In this document: positions 1-7,768 of the stretch, piece after piece
Numbering within the stretch: position 1 is the stretch's first letter
Layout of the letters: the number at the start of each line of letters is the position of its first letter
Origin: Tolypothrix carrinoi HA7290-LM1
Lineage (GTDB): Bacteria; Cyanobacteriota; Cyanobacteriia; Cyanobacteriales; Nostocaceae
Length of the DNA: 10,582 bases
NCBI GenBank assembly: GCA_019358935.1
Contig: JAHHIK010000178.1
Span: 1-10,582, forward strand
Direction of reading: 5' to 3'
Notes under the pieces: generated by a model
Told to the model about the DNA's origin: nothing
Databases searched by the model: none
What the model saw: the letters and a program-made list of their open reading frames with translations, nothing else
Made by a program: the position numbers and the translations under genes

Positions 1-108
1 GCTAAGGAAGTTGATTTAGCCGAGAAAGAGCTTTTCACTCCCATCCTCAATGAAGTTGAGGAAATGCAAAGTATATTAGTTGCGACTTTAAACAAGCTAA
101 AAGATTGA
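1..108 (+). CDS. 3' end of a probable four-helix-bundle protein (23S rRNA intervening-sequence-like), partial
   Basis: Frame 1 reads AKEVDLAEKELFTPILNEVEEMQSILVATLNKLKD*. This amphipathic helix resembles the C-terminus of the family, and heptamer repeats follow directly, as is common for these genes in filamentous cyanobacteria. Confidence 0.6.
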   Translation, partial: AKEVDLAEKELFTPILNEVEEMQSILVATLNKLKD

Positions 109-110
109 AA

Positions 111-164
111 TTCTACTTCTTCCTTCTTCCTTCTTCCTTCTCCCTCCTTCTGCCCTCTGCCTTC
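111..164 (+). repeat. Heptamer tandem repeat (STRR-like, CTTCCTT/CTGCCTT units)
   Basis: ttctacttcttccttcttccttcttccttctccctccttctgccctctgccttc, directly after the stop codon. Confidence 0.8.
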
Positions 165-492
165 AGCATAGCTGCCTTTACCCCAACCTAGATCACCAAA
201 AGTTGCCAAGACCCCATAATGCTGCCGAAAAAAATTGGAAGTATAAGCCTGCCCTTCGGCAATATTATGGGTTAACCGACATTCAGCAAGGATTTCGAGC
301 TTACCCCAGTTTACTGTTCCATTGCTACTCGCACGCCTACTTGGTGTGTTTCAACCGTGGACGCTGACTTCTCCAGTCCTGTTGCAGGAAGTAAGCACCA
401 CGACATTTTTCTCCTTGAGGGGTAAGGAGCGCTATGGTAGGTAGCATTTTTATCTGTGAGTCCGGCGTATGATTTTTCTAGGGTTTTAACAG

Positions 493-989
493 ACTGGAAT
501 TTAGACTAAGCAACAAGAAACGACCCAGCAGTGCTGAGTTGACAAGATACAGAGCTCAAGGATGAAAATCTTTGATATTAAGCAGATTGTAATTGCTCTT
601 TGCGGGGCTTTGTTGTATGTTTTTTGACTATTGGATAGCGAGTTCTACGTTGTCGTGGTTGTCCCGGTTTCCAGCCTGGAGACAATCCTTTGAGGTTTGG
701 GCGATCAAGCAGGAGTACTAATCACCGCTAAAATCCGGACCAAGCCTGGGCAACCCAACGAGCGCGTTAACTTGTCCATAGGCTTCTGCCTTTGGTATTG
801 GGTTGTCAGCAACGACCTGAGCGAGCTAACCACAATTCCCAAGTAATCATCGGCATCAAGTCACTCCAACGTTCACATTGCTTGGGAGTACTAAGCTTTG
901 GAAGAGTCCAGTGTAGGCGTTGCTTTAAAAAACGATACCAGTGGTCAACAGTAAAGCGACGCAAATAAAATCGCCAGACGTCTTCTAGT
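493..989 (-). mobile_element. 3' remnant of an IS4/IS701-like (NF041680-type) insertion sequence
   Basis: Transposase C-terminal fragment plus a putative terminal sequence ACTGGAATTTAGACTAAG at about 493-510. The 5' part is cut off at the transposon end at 990. Confidence 0.6.
578..989 (-). pseudogene. Transposase pseudogene (NF041680-like), C-terminal part, multiple frameshifts
   Basis: LEDVWRFYLRRFTVDHWYRFLKQRLHWTLPKLSTPKQCERWSDLMPMITWELWLAR, then in shifted frames VVADNPIP...ISTPA*SPKP...SPGWKPGQPRQRRTRYPIVKKHTTKPRKEQLQSA* (stop at 578-580). Confidence 0.8.
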
Positions 990-1155
990 TGTAGCAACCT
1001 GCAATACTAATCGCTCAAACCTGCACTTCCCGGGTTTTTCAAACCAGGATTATTTGCAACTATAATTACACTTCAACCAGGATTAATTGCAACGTTCCCC
1101 TTGATTAAATGCAACCAACCTGCAATCATCCGTTTGAACCAGGATTATTTGCAAC
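990..1155 (+). repeat. Left terminal inverted repeat, 166 bp
   Basis: Reverse complement of 4002-4167 with one mismatch (IR position 7). Contains AACCAGGATTA(T/A)TTGCAAC-type units at 1042, 1075, 1097 (degenerate) and 1137. Confidence 0.95.
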
Positions 1156-1170
1156 GCTCCCGAAAGTCCC

Positions 1171-1400
1171 GTAAAACATGAGTTTGGCAGTTTACTTAAA
1201 AAACGGCTTCAACTTTACAAAAATATATTTGAATTCCAACGCCTGATTAATTGCAACTATAAGGTAAAAAAACGACCGTTTTTTTTACTGCTATTACCAG
1301 CATCAATCAGAACCAGAAATTAAATCAAGTTTAGTAACGAAACTCGGTAATTATATCAAAGGCAACATATTCTGTTAGGTAACGAGTTACTTTACTTGTT
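1171..1400. promoter_or_regulatory. Candidate res site / resolvase promoter region
   Basis: AT-rich stretch directly upstream of the resolvase with imperfect palindromes: GTAAAA...TTTTAC at 1171-1196, GTAAAAAAACG-AC-CGTTTTTTTTAC at 1264-1288, GTAACGAGTTAC at 1379-1390. Confidence 0.45.
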
Positions 1401-1411
1401 GGGGTTCAAGT

Positions 1412-1969
1412 ATGTTGATCGGCTATGCGCGAGTTTCAACTTCAGACCAAAATTTGGATCTGCAAATGGATGCTTTGCGGCAAGCTGGTTGTGATAGAAT
1501 TTATACAGACCATATCAGCAGTGCAAAAGCCGCAAGACCTGGACTTTTATTAGCGTTTGAGGTAGCGCGTACTGGTGATGTCTTGGTGGTATGGCGGCTC
1601 GACCGCTTGGGAAGGTCGCTTAAAGACCTGATTGAAACGATGGAAACCCTAGATAAGCGAGGAATTGGGCTTTCTAGTTTGCAAGAATCCATCACCACCA
1701 CGAATAATAGTGGCAGGTTGATTTTCCATTTATTTGGCGCATTAGCAGAATTTGAACGCAACCTAATCTCGGAACGCACAACTGCTGGACTTGTAGCAGC
1801 GCGATCGCGCGGTCACAGGGGAGGAAGACCAAAAGCCCTTGACCCAGCTAAACGCCAATTAGCAGTAAAGCTTTATACCGAAGGACAACATACCATTATT
1901 GAAATATGTAAGTTAATGGGAATTTCCAAACCAACGCTCTACAACTACATTGCAGAGATAAACACCTAA
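1412..1969 (+). CDS. Serine recombinase (resolvase/invertase family), intact
   Basis: MLIGYARVST catalytic Ser motif, LVVWRLDRLGRSL, AEFERNLISERT, GGRP and a C-terminal HTH; 185 aa. Confidence 0.95.
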   Translation: MLIGYARVSTSDQNLDLQMDALRQAGCDRIYTDHISSAKAARPGLLLAFEVARTGDVLVVWRLDRLGRSLKDLIETMETLDKRGIGLSSLQESITTTNNSGRLIFHLFGALAEFERNLISERTTAGLVAARSRGHRGGRPKALDPAKRQLAVKLYTEGQHTIIEICKLMGISKPTLYNYIAEINT

Positions 1970-1970
1970 C

Positions 1971-3635
1971 ATGGCACATAAGCAAATCCCGACAGAGGCG
2001 CTCATTAATTTACGCCACCGCCTCAATGGGTTGCCGAGTCGTTGCCAGGAGCGTCGAATTCTCATTGAAGAAACAGCAGCATTGTATGGAGTGTCAACGG
2101 ATACTTTGTATCGGGCTTTGCGTAACTCATCACGTCTAAAATCTATAAACCGCTCAGATAGCGGGACAAGAGTGAAAACTTTCACTCTCTGAAATGGAAC
2201 GTTACTGCGAGGTCATCGCGGCGATGAAAATCCGTACCAGTAACAAAAAAGGGCGACATGTCTCTACAGTGCGGGCGATTGAACTGTTGGAAGAATTTGG
2301 AATGGAGACACCCAATGGTTTTGTCCAACCGCCCAAAGGCGCGTTAACTAGAAGCACTGTCAATTATTACTTGAAAACTTGGGGGTATGACACTGAACGT
2401 ATGACCAGGCAACCGCCTGCGGTGCGTTTTCAAGCAGAGTACAGTAACTCTTGTTGGCATTTCGACCTTAGTCCATCCGATCTCAAACACGTAAAACAGC
2501 CATCATGGGTGGAACCGGGTTTGGGGAATCCGTTGCTGATGCTGTACAGCATTGTTGATGACCGTAGTGGCGTATGTTATCAAGAATACCACTGTGTCTA
2601 TGGGGAGGATGTCGAAGCTGCATAATTCTTCTTATTTAATGCGATGACGGTGAAAACAACCGATGGATTTCCCTTTCATGGGATTCCAGAGATGATTTAC
2701 ACTGACAACGGACCAATTGCTAAAAGCCACGTATTTCAAAACGTGATGGATTGCCTGAGAATCAATCTTGTCACCCACATGCCCGCTCTTAAAGATGGTC
2801 GCAGGGTCACAGCCCGCTCTAAGGGCAAAGTTGAAAGACCGTTCCGGACGGTCAAAGAAGCCCACGAGACTCTGTATCACTTTCACGAACCGGAAAGCGA
2901 CGTTGAAGCGTGCTTTGTGGTTACGCCAATATTTATTGCATTACAACGACAAACCACACCGCATAGAACCGCATTCGCGGATAGAAGATTGGTTGCGAAA
3001 TATACCAAAATCTGGCTTACGGTCGATGTGCAGTTGGGAGCGATTCTGTACCTATGCCCGCGAGCCACAACGGAGGAAAGTGGGAACGGATGCTAGGGTA
3101 TCAGTAGAAGGTGTAGCTTATGAGGTAGAACCTGACCTGGCAGGGGAAACTGTCGTGCTGTGGTGGGGTCTTTTTGACAACGAACTGTACGTAGAGAAAG
3201 ATGACCAACGCTACGGACCATTTTACCCAGTTGATGGTCCCATCCCCCTACACCGCTACCGTAAATTCAAGAAAACCAAAACTGAAGAACGGGCAGATAA
3301 AATTGCTGATTTAGCTAAAAAGTTGGGCTTGCCACGGACAGCCTTAGACAAAAACGCGGATCTACAATTTCTGGTGGATAAGTACAAGGAACTTACGCCA
3401 ACCGTCACACCTTTTAACGACCCCGACCCATACCAAGAATTTACTTATCCCACTATATTGTTTGCTAAGAGGGCGATTTCCGAACAACTGGCCAAACCGT
3501 TGGCTAAATTGTCTACCGAACAGTTGGCATTCATTGATGCACTGTTAGCTGAGACTTTGAATAAAAAAGTCATTATTGAACGAGTGCGGCAATATTTCCA
3601 CTCAAACTCATGTGGGGAACAAAATGCTCACGCTC
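1971..3635 (+). pseudogene. DDE integrase-type (rve / Mu-like, often labelled IS481-family) transposase, disrupted
   Basis: HTH N-terminus, WHFDLSPSD, IYTDNGP, KGKVERPFRT. Lesions: frameshift at about 2170, in-frame TAA at 2623-2625, frameshift at about 2910, and apparent loss of the native stop at about 3633. Confidence 0.9.
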
Positions 3636-3964
3636 TGTCATGGAACACTTTCGTTTGCTTCGGGAGTTCCCCAAGGCTGGGTACTACGAGACAGAACACC
3701 AAAAACAAATGTTTAAGGATATTAAAGCCGCAATCCATTTTGGGGAAAAACTTGTTACCACGGCGATTATTGAGTCCGTTTTATCGCGCGCAAATTGACG
3801 ACTTAGAACCCACTTTAACCCGCCACGGTTATGACGTGAGGGGCTTGGCGGAACAGTTTAATGCCAAACCAGCTGAAATTAAATTACTCTTTCGCGGGCA
3901 ACTTGACCCAGCGCGTTCGCGTGAATTACACGAACAAATGCTGGCCGCGGGACTGCCGCTTTGA
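3624..3964 (+). pseudogene. ExeA/TniB-like AAA ATPase, internally deleted and frameshifted
   Basis: ATG at 3624 after GGGGA. N-terminal VMEHFRLLREFPKAGYYETEHQKQMFKDIKAAIH joins directly to C-terminal FGEKLVTTAIIESVLSR / QIDDLEPTLTRHGY...MLAAGLPL*. No Walker A or B motif remains. Confidence 0.75.
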
Positions 3965-4001
3965 GCAAATTGAAAACGCAATAAAAATCCAAGTATTTAT
4001 A

Positions 4002-4167
4002 GTTGCAAATAATCCTGGTTCAAACGGATGATTGCAGGTTGGTTGCATTTAATCAAGGGGAACGTTGCAATTAATCCTGGTTGAAGTGTAATTATAGTTG
4101 CAAATAATCCTGGTTTGAAAAACCCGGGAAGTGCAGGTTTGAGCGATTAGTATTGCAGGTCGCTACA
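4002..4167 (-). repeat. Right terminal inverted repeat, 166 bp
   Basis: 165 of 166 bases identical to 990-1155 in inverted orientation. Confidence 0.95.
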
Positions 4168-4342
4168 GGTAACTCTCTAATTTATCCTGTTTTGTTTGAG
4201 AGTTCCTTTTAGGAGCAGCTATTGATGCGTCTAACAGTGTCGTTTTCTTTGCGACTCTGGGAAATTCTAGTCCCAACCAAGCAGCCTGGCGTTTTACGGT
4301 GCCGCGATCAACCTGTAGTCTTTGCGCTATCTTTTGGACACT
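4168..4342 (-). pseudogene. tnsD: Internal fragment of a Tn7 TnsD/TniQ-family target selector
   Basis: SVQKIAQRLQVDRGTVKRQAAWLGLEFPR resembles the HTH segment of TnsD C-terminal regions. Same strand as, and downstream of, the tnsB remnant. Confidence 0.6.
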
Positions 4343-4913
4343 GCGGGTTTCGTCTTGGCACATATACCTAAGCCGCTTGCCTGACCCAAATTCCGGAATG
4401 TAAAAATTTGAGCGAAGCGCGGGAGTTTTTTTAAAGTGAGATAAGCTCTCTGGATGCTGTTTCCGACTTTTGGGACGAGGAACTTTGAGTTTGGCTCCTT
4501 TGAGAATAGCGAGGTGCGTTGATAAACTGTTTTATAGGCAATGTTGAGTCGCAGTTCATTTTTGAGCCATTGTTGAATCTGGTTATAGCTATTGAAACCT
4601 TGTGGTTCCTCCAATTTTTGCTTCAAGCGTTCTAAGCTCTCTCCACTGACTATAGGTTCTTTTCCTGGCGCCTGCTTCACCTCTAGTAACCCGCTCCGTC
4701 CACCGTCTTTATATTTCCAAGAACCTTCGAGTTATGGTTGCCTCCGGAGCGCCCTAAACGTTCTGCGATCGCGCGACGACTCGTTACCTGACCTGTTTTT
4801 AGCCAGTAGAGCATTTGTAATCGCTCCTTGCTACTCGTCTGGCAAGTGTATTTAACGGCTTTTTCTAATTCTTCTTGACTTTCTTTTATTTCGACTTGTA
4901 ATTTTAAACCCAT
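4343..4913 (-). pseudogene. IS630 transposase N-terminal part (HTH domains), frameshifted
   Basis: MGLKLQVEIKESQEELEK...KERLQMLYWLK; APGKEP...PQGFNSYNQIQQWL; A7 slippery site at 4426-4432; RYMCQDETR. Confidence 0.85.
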
Positions 4914-4973
4914 CGCGCTTAAACCAAATGCACCCTTATTTCTAATTTAGCGCAGCTTCATACAGAAATGGTA
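4343..4973 (-). mobile_element. IS630-family element #1, truncated (5' half only)
   Basis: Terminal sequence TACCATTTCTGTATGAAGCTGCG (minus strand) starts at 4973, with TAA flank at 4974-4976. The transposase breaks off after the first catalytic motif YMCQDETR. Confidence 0.85.
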
Positions 4974-4991
4974 TAAGGTTCTAATACCATT

Positions 4992-5872
4992 TCACGAAAA
5001 CCCTGATACAATTAAAGCGTCTAAAATAAAATCCCATCCGGCAAGAGATTTGATTTGAGAAGACGTAAATTTATCTAGCCTTTTCCATACAGCTTCTCTT
5101 AATTCATTCAAATCTTGGAAACATTCCCAACTTAAATGTTTCTTAATTTCTTCCCAAAATCTTTCAATTGGATTAACATAAGAGTGTATGCGGTGGTTGA
5201 AACAATAAAATTATGTTCTCTGGTACTTCCAGATATTGAGAGAAGTGAAATGCACCATTATCAACTTGAATGATATGTAAATCCTCAGGATGCTCTTCTA
5301 CAAACTTTTCTAAAAATATCGATGGCGCAAATCGTGTCTAAATGTGAAAATTCAAGTATGAAGTGTTCTCCCGTAGTCGGTTCAACTACGCCGTACAGAT
5401 AGAAATTATCCCGTTTCCACGATTTTAATCCAACTGGCTTTACTCCTGTTAATGTAATTACCTTTCCTGGTATAGTTTGAAGACCAAACCGACTTTCATC
5501 CCCACACCAATAACGAACTTTCCGATGTTTTTATCCTGGTGATATCAAATATTTATCAATCAACTTTAACCATGAAGGAAGTTTTTTTTAAACTCTTCTT
5601 CCATGCCTTTGTTCTGCTTGACACTACGCGGACGAGGTGCTTTTAATTTCGCCTTGAGCTTGTAACGAACCGTGTCATGCACGACTTTATATGACGCTTC
5701 GATACCAACGGAAGCCTTCAACCAGGTACGGATTTCCTCATAACTTTTAAATCCTTCGGGGTCTTTTAGTTCAAGATTGAAGTTGCGATCCGCCGCAAGG
5801 CGGCAGCGCTTCCGCTCTTCGGACGAGGGGCGCGAACGCTATCGCACTAATTGTGGGATGGTTGTTGGTCGT
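4992..5872 (-). pseudogene. IS630 #2 transposase, 3' portion (DDE domain), frameshifted
   Basis: RPTTIP...DPEGFKSYEEIRTWL...KLKAPRPRS; A8 slippery site at 5582-5589; YWCGDESRFG, QVDNGAFH, NPIERFWEEIK; stop at 4992-4994 lies inside the IR. Confidence 0.85.
5788..5840. repeat. 53-bp GC-rich hairpin insertion splitting a HIP1 site (SDR5-like small dispersed repeat)
   Basis: GCG (5785-5787) and ATCGC (5841-5845) rejoin to GCGATCGC. The insert contains CCGCC-GCAA-GGCGG and a C-TTCG-G loop. Confidence 0.65.
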
Positions 5873-6020
5873 GCAACTTTTAAGCTAATCAAAGCGATTA
5901 AGCTTGACTAACTATGACATCCGTCAATTCCGATGAGCGAGGAAAGCACGATAGAATCATGCGTCACGGTAAAGGCAGTTGCGCGGCATCGCACGTAACA
6001 TGATGTTGCGTGCGCCATTT
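5873..6020 (-). ncRNA. Predicted omegaRNA/reRNA scaffold of the IS607 TnpB (5' boundary uncertain)
   Basis: Lies over the tnpB 3' end and the element right end. Hairpins AAGCTAATC-AAAGC-GATTAAGCTT (5882-5905) and TGAC-ATCC-GTCA (5915-5926). Inferred from TnpB biology. Confidence 0.5.
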
Positions 6021-7234
6021 ACATCACGAGAAATTTTAATTCCGCAATGTGGGCATTTAAAGATTTTAGAGCCACCAAGCTTTTGATGAATATGACCGCA
6101 GTTGCCACAAGTTTTGGAGGTGTAAGATTCGTTGCAAAGAACAACTATTACACCTTTTTTTAATGCCGCTTGTGTGAGGTGCTGCTCAAACCGATAATGA
6201 GAAAGAGTTAGCATTTGACGTACAGATTTATTGTTAATCCTACGTTTCTTGTTTTTCTTGGTTTTGACTACCATTTGACTAGTATCAAAAGTTGGTAAAA
6301 AGATTACTTTGTAGGAATTAACTAGCAAGTTGACTGCTTTGTTGTGTAGCTCTTTAATCAAATTTTGAATTCTTTCTCTTACACGATTAGCGGCAATACG
6401 CATCTTTCGACGCTGACGACTTTTGACTTTGGTGGATTGACTTATTAGCTTGTCAAGGTGCTGACACAATCTTTGTATGCGTCCGATATCTCCCTTACCA
6501 ATCTCTAAGACATTCTCACCATCAAACCCAGTCAAAAAAGTGCGATTACCTGGGTCAAGTGCAATTACTCTATCACTACCAGTTGGAGTTATTTCTTGAT
6601 GTTGTGGAAAACAACCAAACCATTTACCACGACGATATACAAGTTCTGTTCCATACTCACAGTGTTCGGGTACAGTTTGACCAAAAGTAGTAAACTTCAA
6701 ACCCTTTGTTGTACTGCAATACCATGTACCATTTTTCTAATTCCCAACTTGAAACTGTATAGTTTGAGCAGTAGCTTTTGCGGTTTTGAACTTAGCGAAA
6801 CCACCATCTTTTTTAGCACGATTAAATGCATCATATGCTTCAAAACAGGCTTCTTGTCGTTGATGACCAGGTATTGATGTTACCCAGTCAGGGGTATTTT
6901 CTAATCGTTGTAAGTATTTATCCAAGGTTTCTGCGTTTAGTTTTTCAACACCGTCATAGCAACGAAGTAAGCTAATAGTTTCGTTGTAATAGTAACGATA
7001 TTGAGCAAGCCACCTTTTCCAGACTGCATACAACTCCTTACTAGGATATAGCCTGATTTTGAGTACACTGTTCGGTTGAGGCTTTGTCGATTTCGAGTGT
7101 CTCGCCTTCTTTTTGTAAGTCTTCTTTAAACTTTGATTTGTACTTTCTAAGCCCGTATAACCTACTAGAGAATTGTTGTACGATGGACAGCATATCTTGA
7201 ATGAGTTCGGCTTCTGGACTAAGTTTGCGGTCAT
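5957..7234 (-). pseudogene. tnpB: TnpB RNA-guided endonuclease (pro-Fanzor/Fanzor2-like), split by one in-frame TAG; start uncertain
   Basis: LKIRLYP wedge start at about 7060; TAG at 6737-6739 followed in frame by KNGTWYCSTTKGLKF; IALDPGNRTF; IFLPTF; NESYTSKTCGNC...CPHC; RDVNGARNI. The frame is open upstream to 7675. Confidence 0.9.
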
Positions 7235-7682
7235 TGAGAACCACGAGTTCGCACTCAAATTTTTCGCACAACCACTTAACCAATTCATATCCGAATCTAA
7301 CGAGTCGGTCAGGATGGGCAACGACAAGGCGTTTGATATCACCGTCGATGATTCGCTCCAAAATAGAGATGAATTTTTTCCTCCTAAAATTGAGTCCGCT
7401 TCCAGTTTCTGAAATGACTTCACCCTCTGGGTATCGTTCACGTAAAAACGCAAGTTGTCTTTGCAAATCGTCTTGCTGGGAATGAGTCGAAACCCTCCCA
7501 TAGCAAACAGTTCTAATTGCCCTGGCGATACCTGCGGTTTTCTCGACCTCTTCGAGGATAAACCTTCTCTGCCCTCCTGGTGTTCTAATTGCTTTGAGTT
7601 TGCCTTCGTTTTCCCATCTTCTAAGTGAGGAAACGTGGACACCAAGGATTTTAGCGGCTTCCTTGGGGGTGACATGTTGCAT
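7041..7682 (-). CDS. tnpA: IS607 serine recombinase/transposase TnpA, intact
   Basis: N-terminal MerR-like HTH (TPKEAAKILGVHVSSLRRWENEG...RTPGGQRRF), YGRVST, GSGLNFRRK, HPDRLVRFG, FSSRLYGLR. Confidence 0.95.
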   Translation of the reverse strand: MQHVTPKEAAKILGVHVSSLRRWENEGKLKAIRTPGGQRRFILEEVEKTAGIARAIRTVCYGRVSTHSQQDDLQRQLAFLRERYPEGEVISETGSGLNFRRKKFISILERIIDGDIKRLVVAHPDRLVRFGYELVKWLCEKFECELVVLNDRKLSPEAELIQDMLSIVQQFSSRLYGLRKYKSKFKEDLQKEGETLEIDKASTEQCTQNQAIS

Positions 7683-7689
7683 CAATACC

Positions 7690-7750
7690 TACTTAACTCA
7701 ACTATAAATAGTCTAACAAGAGTTAAGTAAGTTTGAGCGATTTAAGCAAA
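7690..7750. promoter_or_regulatory. IS607 left-end TnpA-binding/promoter region
   Basis: Inverted pair TACTTAACTC (7690-7699) and GAGTTAAGTA (7720-7729). TT(A/G)AG motifs about 10 bp apart at 7723, 7733 and 7742 also occur at the right end (5880, 5898). Confidence 0.5.
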
Positions 7751-7768
7751 AATATTTTGATTATTCAC

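Larger units (their letters stand above)
990..4167 (+). mobile_element. Tn552/Tn5053-like transposon (resolvase + Mu/rve-type DDE transposase + AAA ATPase) with long terminal IRs
   Basis: Begins TGTAGC (990) and ends GCTACA (4167). 166-bp inverted repeats enclose three co-oriented transposition genes. Confidence 0.9.

Noticed and set aside
1042..1155. Repeated 19-bp units (mirrored at 4002-4115) as a possible CRISPR array
   Set aside because: Spacing is irregular and short, there are no cas genes, and the units lie inside transposon terminal IRs. They are better explained as transposase-binding sites.
1501..3068. Minus-strand ORFs 1501-1779, 1913-2185, 2632-2886, 2883-3068
   Set aside because: Antisense shadows of the resolvase and transposase.
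2768..3964. 398-aa ORF as a novel fusion protein
   Set aside because: It joins off-frame sequence, the transposase C-terminus and the ATPase tail through frameshifts and a lost stop.
4163..4363. 66-aa ORF as a real gene
   Set aside because: It is a chimera of IS630 MCQDETR and a TnsD fragment, ending in the transposon IR.
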